Virus record (IMG/VR): IMGVR_UViG_3300032524_000070 | Direction: 5' to 3' (one strand) | Length of the DNA: 64,000 nucleotides | Origin: a virus | Shown here: piece by piece, positions 54,998 through 64,000 of the stretch | Layout of the letters: the number at the start of each line of letters is the position of its first letter | How positions within the stretch are numbered: the stretch's first letter is position 1 | Notes under the pieces: generated by a model | What the model was told of the DNA's origin: nothing | Seen by the model: only the letters and a program-made list of their open reading frames with translations | Databases searched by the model: none | Translations under genes and position numbers: made by a program

Positions 54998-57900
54998 ATG
55001 CCTGCGGTAATCGAAAGCACCCTGTACGAGTCTCCCGGTGGAGCGGTCGTCGCAGGTTCCACACAGCAGAACAGCCGGGATGATCTCCGGCTGGGCTACC
55101 AGGTCACGCTGAACTCGGTACAGGCGGGCACCACCTACTCGTGGACCCTCGCGTTCGCGTCGGACTCCCCCGGCACGACCGTTGCTGGCACCCCGTTCGA
55201 CGGCACGGACTCCGCATCGTCCCTGCTGCCCCCAGAGGGCAGCACAAGCAAGACCGCGAAGTTCAACGTGGACTTCGAGGGCACGTACCTCATCCGCCTG
55301 ACCGTGGACGCTGGACTTCCGACCGAGGACTCGCAGTTCATCCGGGCGAGGGTGCTGACCCTCTTCGGCTCGCTCAAGCTCATCGCGGCTGGCGAACGAC
55401 GGGACGAGAACGGCGTCATCCCGGTAGACGCGACCCCCGAGGGGTGGGCGAACGACCAGAACGCGAACATGCAGCGGGTCGCTCTGCTGCTGCGTCGGGT
55501 GTCCCACAGCGGTCGCATCCTGTTCGTGGACAGCAACCGTGGTCGGGACTTCACCGAGGACCAGGACGACTACGACAACGTGATCGCCATCCCCGGGCCG
55601 GAAGTGGCTCGACCGGAGGCGACGGGCATGAAGTTGCGGGCGATGGCCCACGGCGACTTCTCATCCATCAACCAGGCCATCGCCTACGCCTCTGCGGCAG
55701 CAGCTCGTGGGGAGCCTGCCCCCAGTCAGAATGAGCCGTACTACATCGTGATCCGCAAGGGTCGGTACGCCGAAGACCTGAACCTGGTGCCCTTCGTCCA
55801 CCTGGTCGGGGACGACATCACCTTCACCAACATCGACATCAGCTCCGGTGGCCTCGGCAACGTCATCAACTACGGGGTGTCGGTCCAGTCCGTGAACGTG
55901 GCGGGAACGGGTACGCACCGTTTCAACCCGCTGGCGAACGCTGAGAACGCCTGGTGCTTCCTGTTCAACATGGCGTTGCAGGGGTCGGCGAACACCACGC
56001 TGCCGGTCCTCGATCAGCTTGGTGGTGCGATCAAGCTCTTCGGGTGCGCCGTCTTGCAGGATGGCGATGCCGTCAACCAGGGCGAGGCCATCCGGTGTGT
56101 CGTATCCAACCCGGCTCACACCCCGGCCCTCTGGCTGGAGGACTGCTTCGTCCAGTCCGATGCGACCACGGCTGACCGGGTAGCGGTCAGGTTCAACGCG
56201 ACCGGGGGCATCCTCAACCTCATCCACAGCCAGGTCGTCGCGGAGTCGTGCCAGGGCATCGTGGTGAACGAGGCCCTCTACACGGTCTGCGAGTGCTACG
56301 TCCGGGGTGACTCACTCCTCGTTGGAACCCCTCCCTACGTCGGGTACGGCTCGCTTCAGCGGTTCGAGGACTCCACCACCAGTCCAGTGGGCGGCGGCAC
56401 TCCCTCCATCAACGTGAGCGCCTTCGGTGGCGGTGCGGGCAGCAAGCCCGGCGATGTCACCCTCGACGTGCAACGGATGACGCTCAACGGCGTCATCTCC
56501 TTCGAGACCGCCGCTGCCGTTGGTTCGACCGTGCTGGTCAACTCCGGCAACGTGAACCGTCTCGGCGGGGCGACCCCCCACGTCCTCCTGCCGGACGCTC
56601 CGGGCGACCTGCCGAACCTCTCCATGCCCATCTTCGACGGGGAGTCGGTCGGCTACCTGCCGAACCACTCCGATCCCCTGCTGGGCCCCGGTGGTCCGAC
56701 GACCATCAACGCCGCCAACCAACTCCAGAAGCGGAACCTCCAGGAGGTCGTAGACCGCATCCTGCTGGGCGTCTTCCCCGTCGTCGGGAGCCCCTTCTAC
56801 TCGCTGCACACGGCCTACAGCGGCCTGGCGTCCCTCAACCCGCCGACGCTGGGCACCGGGCTCGGGCGGACCATCATCGCCAACGGTGGTGCGGTCCAGA
56901 TCACCGGAGGCACGGCCCCGTTCGCTCTTGACGCAGAGCGGAAGGATGGTGGTCTCCAGACCGAAGGCGTCATCGACATCGGCGGGCTCATCGGTGGAAC
57001 GGGCTCTACCCCTCTGGCCTTGGTCGGGCACTCGGAGATCCACCTCAACCCGAACATGATGGGCGTCGGCCCCGTCATCGCCCTTGGACGAGCTGCCTGG
57101 ACCACTGGCGTCAACGGTGGCGACCGGGGCTTCCCGGCTGCCGTCATCCGTGCGGACTCCGCGACAGCCCCGGCACTTCCGACTTTGTCGCCCTACCACA
57201 TCCACCTCCGCACGCTTTCGGGGAAGAACTCGAACACGGGTGGGCTCGGGAACATCTACATCGCTGCTGGCGGCATCACAGATCCAGCCAGCGTTGACAA
57301 CCCGGGCCATGTCCACATCAACGGCGGTGGGCACCTCAATGCAGGTGCCGGGAGCACAGGCGACATCTGGCTCGCTCCTGGTGACCTGTTCGGAGCAGCG
57401 GGGTTCGGCAAGGTCTGGTTCGCCGGAACGAACGGCACTCCGGCGAGTCTGACGGCTGCTGGCCCCTGGATCGGAGGCACCGCTGGGGTCATCACCATCG
57501 GTACGCCGAACGGCGTGGAGTTCTTCACCTTCACGGGTGCTGAGGCCAACGTCGCGGCAGCCACCGCCTTGTTCAACGCGACGGCCAGGGCCTTCATCGC
57601 TACCGACGATGGTGCCACCATCACGCTCATCGCCAACCCCAGCCCGGCCAGCGACATCGTGTGCCTCGGGGACGATGGCAGCGGGGTGAACGTCAACCTC
57701 GGTGACTTCCTTCCGGCAACGGCGACGTTCACGCCCGGAACCTACGGCGACCTGATCTCCGTGGACGTGCCGGTGAACGGTCGTCTGCGGGTGAACGGTG
57801 ACCTCCAGGTCACGGGAGCCATCATCGGGACGGTGGCTCCGGCCTACCGGGCGATCACCGGGGCTGACGCCTACCCGTATCCCTCGCTGGCGACTGAGCT

Positions 57901-58153
57901 GATCCTCGGGGCACAGCTCGTGGCCACCCTGGACCGCACCATCGTCCTCAACCCGGCCTACCCCATCGGAACCACGGTCGTCGTCAAGGATGAACTGGGG
58001 CTCGCCAACGCCATCCCCGCCCCGATTGGGCAGATGGTCAGCATCGTGGACGCTGCTCGAACCTTCGACGGGGCGACCCCGCTGAACATCACGACGGCTT
58101 ACGGTGCGGTAACGCTCTACAAGAACAGCGCGAGCAACTGGTCGATCATCTAG
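54998..58153 (+). CDS. Tail fibre/spike-like protein with PKD-like N-domain and pectin-lyase-like beta-helix (1051 aa)
   Basis: TYSWTL...F.VD.EGTYLIRLTV (PKD-like), GDFSSINQAI...YIVIRKGRYAEDL....VHLVG (beta-helix cap), Gly-rich repeats, and C-terminal GTTVVVKDE.G.A...DG....I...YGAVTLY......W domain. Confidence 0.65.
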   Translation: MPAVIESTLYESPGGAVVAGSTQQNSRDDLRLGYQVTLNSVQAGTTYSWTLAFASDSPGTTVAGTPFDGTDSASSLLPPEGSTSKTAKFNVDFEGTYLIRLTVDAGLPTEDSQFIRARVLTLFGSLKLIAAGERRDENGVIPVDATPEGWANDQNANMQRVALLLRRVSHSGRILFVDSNRGRDFTEDQDDYDNVIAIPGPEVARPEATGMKLRAMAHGDFSSINQAIAYASAAAARGEPAPSQNEPYYIVIRKGRYAEDLNLVPFVHLVGDDITFTNIDISSGGLGNVINYGVSVQSVNVAGTGTHRFNPLANAENAWCFLFNMALQGSANTTLPVLDQLGGAIKLFGCAVLQDGDAVNQGEAIRCVVSNPAHTPALWLEDCFVQSDATTADRVAVRFNATGGILNLIHSQVVAESCQGIVVNEALYTVCECYVRGDSLLVGTPPYVGYGSLQRFEDSTTSPVGGGTPSINVSAFGGGAGSKPGDVTLDVQRMTLNGVISFETAAAVGSTVLVNSGNVNRLGGATPHVLLPDAPGDLPNLSMPIFDGESVGYLPNHSDPLLGPGGPTTINAANQLQKRNLQEVVDRILLGVFPVVGSPFYSLHTAYSGLASLNPPTLGTGLGRTIIANGGAVQITGGTAPFALDAERKDGGLQTEGVIDIGGLIGGTGSTPLALVGHSEIHLNPNMMGVGPVIALGRAAWTTGVNGGDRGFPAAVIRADSATAPALPTLSPYHIHLRTLSGKNSNTGGLGNIYIAAGGITDPASVDNPGHVHINGGGHLNAGAGSTGDIWLAPGDLFGAAGFGKVWFAGTNGTPASLTAAGPWIGGTAGVITIGTPNGVEFFTFTGAEANVAAATALFNATARAFIATDDGATITLIANPSPASDIVCLGDDGSGVNVNLGDFLPATATFTPGTYGDLISVDVPVNGRLRVNGDLQVTGAIIGTVAPAYRAITGADAYPYPSLATELILGAQLVATLDRTIVLNPAYPIGTTVVVKDELGLANAIPAPIGQMVSIVDAARTFDGATPLNITTAYGAVTLYKNSASNWSII

Positions 58154-58171
58154 GCAGGGGAACGGTGACGA

Positions 58172-61100
58172 ATGGCTTTCACGCCGCCAACGAACCCCGA
58201 GGACAGCTACGAACTGAGCCCCTTCGGGTTCGGCCCGTTCCCGCTCCCTGGTGAGTCGGTTGACGTAGCTCCCCCGCACCCGGTCGGCGGTGGCTACGGC
58301 GGTGTCGGTTTCTTGTCGGCTGGTGACCTCCCGGACAACGGCAGCCCCTACGGCCTGGGCTCCTACGGCTCCCGGTGGTTCAGCCGCCCCAAGGTCAACA
58401 TCAGCGGCGGCTACGGTGGTGACCCCTACGGCCTGGGTGGCTACGGCAGCACCGAAGTCACGCCTCCCTACGTCTCATCGGCCATTTCGCTCGACGGCTT
58501 CACCATCGAGGTGTTCTTCAGCGAAGAGGTGGACACCACCAACCCCGCGTTGACCGACCCGACGAGCTACACGCTGGAGCCCATCACCGGGGCAGCTCCC
58601 GCGACGGTGCTCTCGGTTCACATCGAGAAGCTGGGGTCGGTCAACCTGGCTGCTGGCGACACCATCGCCGGGGCCATCTCGGTCGTCATCACCCACACAG
58701 GGACGACGCAGGGCGGGATGTACAAGGTCCACGCCACGGGTCTGACCGACATCGCGGGCAACCCGATCATCGACGCTGACGCTCCGTTCCTGGCCAAGGG
58801 TGAGCCGCCGACCTTCGCGGTCAGCCTTCCGGCCCCGGACGCAGGGAACGAGCTGCTGGTCACGTTCAGCCACCCGATGTTGCAGAACGCGGGTGGCTTC
58901 CCGGACCTGGCGAGCTACGACTTCGCGGTAGCCACGAGCAACCCCTACCCCATCGATCTTGTGCCGACGAGCATCGTCGTGGTGGACGACAAGCAGGTGC
59001 GGCTCGGGGTCAAGGGCATGACCTCGTTGAACTACGACCTGACGGTCAGCGAGGCGTTCGCGTTCGCCTTCGACACGACGCTGGGGCTCCGCAACTGCAC
59101 CGCTCTCACGCTGGGGGTGGGGACGGTCACGGAGTCTCCGGGCTACCTCGTGTTTTCGAGGCCGAACACCTCTGCGGGCTTCGCTCGGGAGTGGGACGAC
59201 ACGAGTGGCACCATCACCCCGCTGACCTCGACGCTGCGGTCGGACTGCACCTTCGACTTCAGCAACGCGGCCTTCGAGCCTGCGATCTCCCTGTTCCCGG
59301 TCCCGGAGGTCGGGGAGATCCTCTTCCAGGATGGCGTGCCCGGCAACGGCCTGTTCATCAAGGTCATGCTCCAGATGAGCATCACCGGGGTCGAGCAGGT
59401 GCGCTTGCGGTCGGGCACCTTCGACATGACGGTGGACGCCACCTGGTCGGATGCGGTCCACACGATCTCCTTCGTGCGGAACATGCAGGCGGGCATCGTC
59501 ACCTTCCTGCTCGATGAGCAGCCGCTCACGTCCACCGCGATTGCGAACGTGGACGCCCCGGCAGAGACACAGGCGTCAGTGCGCTTCGGCCTCTACCCCG
59601 GCGGGTGGAACATCAGCGGTGTCCGGCTGGTGAGCCTCATCACCACCAGCTCCACGACGGTCTTCTCGTCTGCCTGGAACTTCCTGCACGGCCAGATCGG
59701 GCAGTTCCTCGGCTCCGATCTGCTGACCCGTGACCGACTGCTGACGCAGCGAGGCCCGCTGGTCAAGGGCTGGGGTGACGCGACCCCAGCGACCGAAGCT
59801 GATGTGGCTGTCATCATCAATGGCACGGCGGTATCCATCGCCGAGGTGAACCCCTACATCGGCGGCATCGTCCTGACGGTGCCTGTACCCCTCCTCCCGC
59901 TCGGTGACCCACAGGCCAGCGTGGCGGTGGACTACAAGTGGTTCAAGAGTCCCGTCATGGAGCTGGCCGGGTTGAACACCCTCGGCCTGGTGCTCAACAA
60001 GTTCGACTGCGCCCGCAGAGGCCACCACGACCCGGCGGCCCACGGCGATCAGGTCCAGGTTCTTCCGGGGCAGCCGGACTTCATGGCGAACCCCGGACAC
60101 CCCAAGGGGGCCGTGGACATCCACCGCTTCCCGATGAGCGTGGTCCTCGGGCCGATGAGCCGGAGCGAACCGCTCTACATCGGTCACCGCTACATGGGGT
60201 TCGAGCGGGCGTACTCAGCTCTGACCAACAGCCCGACCACCCTGCGGCTCAACCAGGCCCCAGGGCGTGTATCCGTGCCCGGCTTCGAGCGGGAGGTAGC
60301 TGGGGTCAGTGTGGCCTACGAAGGGCTCGTGAAGCCCGTAGACGCCGCCCCTGCGTGGGCTCTGGACGGTGCTGACTTCGGTGCCGTGGATCACGACGCT
60401 GATGCAGGGATCGACCTCGGGACGTACACGATCATCGACCCCATCGTGGGGGACGCTGGGCCGACTGAGACGGCGACGGTCTACCACCGTGGGCTGGACC
60501 TCACCTATCCGTCGAGCGTTAACCTGGTGGCCCGCTTCCAGACGGCAGCCACGGCCTTGTTCGATACGGACCACGTGGCTCCTTCCCCGGCTCCGACCGG
60601 GCTGGTGGCGGTCCCCACGGCTGATGGTGTGTTCACGGGTGTCGGGTTCGGCATCCACGACAACAGGCACCTGTACTTCTGCGGGGTGCTCCTGATCAAC
60701 GGGGTCGAGCACGTCGGCCTGCTGCTCAACCCGAAGCGCATCCACGAGTGGGAGTCCTGGGCCATCGGGCCGAAGTCCATCCTGACGGCCTCCTCGCAGA
60801 GTCGAGGGGCCTTCCCGTCCTCGCAGGTGTCCACGGGGTTCACAGTCGGGTCGAAGTTCCAGCGACTCACGGGCACGCAGGTCGGGGTCTACACGGCGAC
60901 GAGCGTGGTGGCTCAGAGCGACGGCACGACGACGGTGGACTTCACGCCGGTCCTTCCCTCGCCGTGGGACATCTACGGCAACAAGTTCGTCGAGGTGGTC
61001 TTCGAGACGCGAGCGAGCATCAAGCCGTTCACATACCGGCTCGACCTCGACACGGACCAGCAGGTTGCAGAGCTGCGGATCTCCGGGGAGACGCGGGGGG

Positions 61101-64000
61101 TGGTCACCCGCATCGACGGCAACGTGCCTCCGGTCCCCGTGGCAGCTCAGACATCGCTCCTGCTCCCGGAGGAGATCGTCGGGCAGGTCTTCTGGGGCAG
61201 CTTGAGCAGGCAGGCGGCGAGCCGGGCAACGTGGTCCTTCATGCGTTACGGCCTGGTGCCCGACCAGGTGTTCATCCAGGGCCACGCGGTCGTCAACAAC
61301 ACGGAGATGAGCGACCTCCCCGAGGACAACCCGGCGGCCGGTGGCGGCCAGTGGTGGCCGGTGCAGACCTTCGGGACGGCAGAGATCCTGCCGAACGTGG
61401 ACACCTTGCTCTTGAAGGCCACTTCGGCGAGCAGTGTCTACGATCTGAGCTACGGCTACGCCCGAGTGGAGCCATTCTTCACCCCGGACGCCATCTTCGA
61501 CTACCGGGCAGGCATCCAGCTCGACTCGACCACCATCGGGGCAGGTGGAGCTGAGCTGCTGCTGGACGACACGCAGCGACAGACCGTCGTGCGCAGCCTC
61601 ATGGTGCTGGAGAACCTGTCGGCTGACCCCACGGCCTACCGGGGCCTGGTGTCGCTGCCGCAGGTGAGCCACACCGGCCTCTTCCCGACCTCCGAGATGG
61701 GCTGGGCGGTCGAGGCAGGTGCGACCGTGGTGGGGACGCATGAAGGCGCTCAGATGGTGGTGGTGCAGAACGCCACCCAGCGGGGCAAGTGGCTCAACAA
61801 CCTGGTGTTCGACGCGACTGACCCCGGCATCGTCGATGCGGACGAGGGGCGGGTCTTCGAGGCACGGCTGGAGGTCAAGGCCCGGACGACCAACGCCAAC
61901 GGCGACTCCGGCATCATCTTCGGTGGCCAGGTCGCGGCTGCGGGGGCCGGGTTCGCGTACTTCCAGATCGAGCTGGCCGGAGCCATCGGCAGCGAGGTGG
62001 TTCGGCTTCGGACTGCTGCCGGTGCCCCCATCGGCGAGTACACCTTCGACTGGACGGGGGAGGCCCACACGTTCCGGCTCCTCGCCAACCGGGTAGCGGA
62101 TACGGTCACCCTGGTCATCGACGACATCGTGCAGACGCCCAGCGTCGCGTTCACGGCCTTCACCGGGGGCACGAACAACACGCAGGCATTCTTCGGCTGC
62201 ACGGGTCGGGACGCTGCTGATGCCTTCGACACAGCCTTGACGGCCACGGTCGAGTGGCAGCACTTCCACGCCCACGTCCAGGCTCCGGCGGGTGTCGTGC
62301 GAACCATCGGTGTGCTGCGGGGGGTGACGGCCAACGCCTTCTCGCAGGACATCAACGACTACGAGCTGCCTCGAACGGACGCCTCAACGGCTCCGAACTC
62401 GTGGGCGACCGGGCCGGTCATCGAGTGGTGGGACTGGCGGCAGCCCATCGACCTGCGGGTCTACCGCGATCCAGGCTGGGGCGTCACGGTCTTCCGGCCC
62501 GACCTGCCCTTGCCGCCCTACTACGTGCCCGAGGACGGCACGGCAGGGGTGGGCTTCATCACGGAGTCCAACGAGCCTTCGGCGGGCTGGATCAACGTCG
62601 AGTACAAGAACCTGCCTCCGACGCGGGGTGAGCAGCTCGGGTTCGTGGGCTTCGGCAGCCTGATCCCCGAGGACATCAGCCAGGCCCGGTGGGACTGGGT
62701 CCGCTACCGGATGTTCAAGCACCCGACCGAGGACCGCATCGCTCCTGAGCACATGCTCCTCAACCAGTTCAACGTCATCACGAGCGGGGAACGCACGCAG
62801 GACGTGACCCTGGAGACGGTCATCGTCCAGACGATGGACAAGACGCGGCTGTCCTTGCTGCCGACGCACCTGTACGCCGAGTCCATCTACAAGATCATCG
62901 ACGGGGCGACGATCTGGACGCGGGAGTTCTGGACCTTCGACCCGGCTTCGCAGCTCGTCACCCTCCAGCCCGACCCGCTGACGGGAGCCGCACGGGAGTT
63001 CTCTGCCGAGCACGCCAACGTCACGGTGATGTTCACGCCGGGCTTGCCGGTCACGAACACGTACCTGGGGCTCCAGCCCCTCCTGGACGGGGTGACGCTG
63101 CTCAACGAGGGCACGCCTCCGATTCCGATGAGCCAGACGGCTGAGAGCCAGATCGAGACGGTGTATGGGTCGCACTTGAACGACCCGGAGGACGTGCTCA
63201 ACGACGACCCAGACTTCGTGCTCAACGACCCGCACAGAACGATCCGCCACAACGACGTGGAGGGCTCGCTCTACGAGTCGCTGGACTTCATCGAGGTGGA
63301 CAACAGCGGCCAGACCGACCTCATCGCGGCCATCTGCGAGGGTGGTCCCGGCACAGGCTTCTCCGGGCACTCGCCCACCGAGGGGGAGGACACCTACTCC
63401 AAGACCGGCGGCGGGGCAGCTCTCGGTGGCGTGGGTGGCGTGGCTGACCTGTTCGCCACGGGCACCAAGGTCGGCATGGCGGTCGGGGCCGAGGTCTTCG
63501 ACTTCAGCGGGACGATGTTCTGGCACGACACGGACTTCCTGCCCCAGCCGGACTGGCAGCAGAAGGGCGGGATGCCCGGCGGCATCCTGTTCGCCTCTGG
63601 CGGCAACTTCGTCAACCCGGTGGTGGACGCCCTGGGCAACATCATCCCTGGAGCGGTCGTAGCGGGCGGTGGCAACCTCGGGCCGGGCACGGCAGTCCTG
63701 TTCCCCACCTTCCCGGCCAGAGGGCCTGTGGGTGGCGACCAGGGGCGCATCTACCAGCGCACGGACTGGTACCTGAGCCTCCGCTCTGTGCTGGCCACCG
63801 ACCCCGGTGGTTCGGCAGGTTCGGCAGGTTCGGCAGGTTCGGCAGGTGGTGGTGCGGTCGAGACCCCGCTGGACGAGGACTGGACGGCATCCGGGTGGGA
63901 CACGGATGCTCCGAGTGGCCCTGCGAGTCAGGTCGTCAACCCGACCGGGGTGACCAACCCTCTGGGTGCGGCCATCGGGTACATGCTGGGGGCAGGCGAC
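58172..64000 (+). CDS. Very large virion/fibre-like protein (>1940 aa, truncated by window end)
   Basis: ATG 58172 (MAFTPPTNPEDSY...). The frame is still open at 64000 and the ORF track lists no stop in it. Contains GYG..PYG repeats, Ig-like (IEVFFSEEVD...DPTSY...GLTDIAGNPI) and LamG-like (HTISFVR.....VTFLLDE) segments. Confidence 0.8.
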   Translation, partial: MAFTPPTNPEDSYELSPFGFGPFPLPGESVDVAPPHPVGGGYGGVGFLSAGDLPDNGSPYGLGSYGSRWFSRPKVNISGGYGGDPYGLGGYGSTEVTPPYVSSAISLDGFTIEVFFSEEVDTTNPALTDPTSYTLEPITGAAPATVLSVHIEKLGSVNLAAGDTIAGAISVVITHTGTTQGGMYKVHATGLTDIAGNPIIDADAPFLAKGEPPTFAVSLPAPDAGNELLVTFSHPMLQNAGGFPDLASYDFAVATSNPYPIDLVPTSIVVVDDKQVRLGVKGMTSLNYDLTVSEAFAFAFDTTLGLRNCTALTLGVGTVTESPGYLVFSRPNTSAGFAREWDDTSGTITPLTSTLRSDCTFDFSNAAFEPAISLFPVPEVGEILFQDGVPGNGLFIKVMLQMSITGVEQVRLRSGTFDMTVDATWSDAVHTISFVRNMQAGIVTFLLDEQPLTSTAIANVDAPAETQASVRFGLYPGGWNISGVRLVSLITTSSTTVFSSAWNFLHGQIGQFLGSDLLTRDRLLTQRGPLVKGWGDATPATEADVAVIINGTAVSIAEVNPYIGGIVLTVPVPLLPLGDPQASVAVDYKWFKSPVMELAGLNTLGLVLNKFDCARRGHHDPAAHGDQVQVLPGQPDFMANPGHPKGAVDIHRFPMSVVLGPMSRSEPLYIGHRYMGFERAYSALTNSPTTLRLNQAPGRVSVPGFEREVAGVSVAYEGLVKPVDAAPAWALDGADFGAVDHDADAGIDLGTYTIIDPIVGDAGPTETATVYHRGLDLTYPSSVNLVARFQTAATALFDTDHVAPSPAPTGLVAVPTADGVFTGVGFGIHDNRHLYFCGVLLINGVEHVGLLLNPKRIHEWESWAIGPKSILTASSQSRGAFPSSQVSTGFTVGSKFQRLTGTQVGVYTATSVVAQSDGTTTVDFTPVLPSPWDIYGNKFVEVVFETRASIKPFTYRLDLDTDQQVAELRISGETRGVVTRIDGNVPPVPVAAQTSLLLPEEIVGQVFWGSLSRQAASRATWSFMRYGLVPDQVFIQGHAVVNNTEMSDLPEDNPAAGGGQWWPVQTFGTAEILPNVDTLLLKATSASSVYDLSYGYARVEPFFTPDAIFDYRAGIQLDSTTIGAGGAELLLDDTQRQTVVRSLMVLENLSADPTAYRGLVSLPQVSHTGLFPTSEMGWAVEAGATVVGTHEGAQMVVVQNATQRGKWLNNLVFDATDPGIVDADEGRVFEARLEVKARTTNANGDSGIIFGGQVAAAGAGFAYFQIELAGAIGSEVVRLRTAAGAPIGEYTFDWTGEAHTFRLLANRVADTVTLVIDDIVQTPSVAFTAFTGGTNNTQAFFGCTGRDAADAFDTALTATVEWQHFHAHVQAPAGVVRTIGVLRGVTANAFSQDINDYELPRTDASTAPNSWATGPVIEWWDWRQPIDLRVYRDPGWGVTVFRPDLPLPPYYVPEDGTAGVGFITESNEPSAGWINVEYKNLPPTRGEQLGFVGFGSLIPEDISQARWDWVRYRMFKHPTEDRIAPEHMLLNQFNVITSGERTQDVTLETVIVQTMDKTRLSLLPTHLYAESIYKIIDGATIWTREFWTFDPASQLVTLQPDPLTGAAREFSAEHANVTVMFTPGLPVTNTYLGLQPLLDGVTLLNEGTPPIPMSQTAESQIETVYGSHLNDPEDVLNDDPDFVLNDPHRTIRHNDVEGSLYESLDFIEVDNSGQTDLIAAICEGGPGTGFSGHSPTEGEDTYSKTGGGAALGGVGGVADLFATGTKVGMAVGAEVFDFSGTMFWHDTDFLPQPDWQQKGGMPGGILFASGGNFVNPVVDALGNIIPGAVVAGGGNLGPGTAVLFPTFPARGPVGGDQGRIYQRTDWYLSLRSVLATDPGGSAGSAGSAGSAGGGAVETPLDEDWTASGWDTDAPSGPASQVVNPTGVTNPLGAAIGYMLGAGD
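63809..63844 (+). repeat. In-frame 9-bp tandem repeat (GGTTCGGCA)x4 encoding (GSA)4
   Basis: Four perfect copies within the terminal giant ORF. Confidence 0.9.

Noticed and set aside
1-64000. Bacterial eCIS, tailocin or T6SS locus instead of a phage
   Set aside because: No Afp15-like AAA ATPase, Afp16-like or T6SS membrane genes were recognised. Homing endonucleases, small early-type genes and dedicated promoter motifs favour a phage, although head genes lie outside the window.
1-64000. Stop-codon reassignment as seen in some jumbo phages
   Set aside because: TAG, TGA and TAA all end full-length genes, and the standard code gives dense, uninterrupted ORFs.
1-64000. CRISPR arrays, tRNA/rRNA genes, DGR or reverse transcriptase, invertible fibre cassettes
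   Set aside because: None seen on reading. Intergenic space is small and accounted for.

Overview
This window is the tail/baseplate morphogenesis region of a large, high-GC myovirus (jumbo-phage-like, contractile tail). No capsid, portal or terminase gene is visible. The + strand runs in this order: a TnsA-like homing endonuclease inserted at the start of a neck/tail-terminator-like gene, an FmdB zinc-ribbon gene, a 1769-aa tail sheath and a MucR-finger/Vsr-like endonuclease. A roughly 6.5-kb accessory island of mostly minus-strand small genes follows. After it come the tail tube, two paralogous tail chaperones, tape measure, two tube-like proteins, a hub with an M15 peptidase insert and a gp5/VgrG-like spike. 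A 15.8-kb block with a 3709-aa protein then precedes gp25, baseplate J and gpI-like wedge genes, a beta-helix fibre/spike, and an ORF of more than 1940 aa that runs off the window. The most interesting signals are non-coding. (i) A repeated hairpin + ACGGA-loop RNA motif occurs in the long leaders of the sheath and chaperone genes, a candidate CsrA-type or other translational operator. (ii) Three promoter-like classes appear: sigma70-like, GGGCTCAGA-N14-CGTAGT and CGGT-N7-CTAT-N12-GTRR, several of them leaderless. (iii) The first homing endonuclease is flanked by a recoded duplicate of the host gene's N-terminus, which appears to restart at ATT. All protein calls come from motif recognition and gene order, not from database searches.
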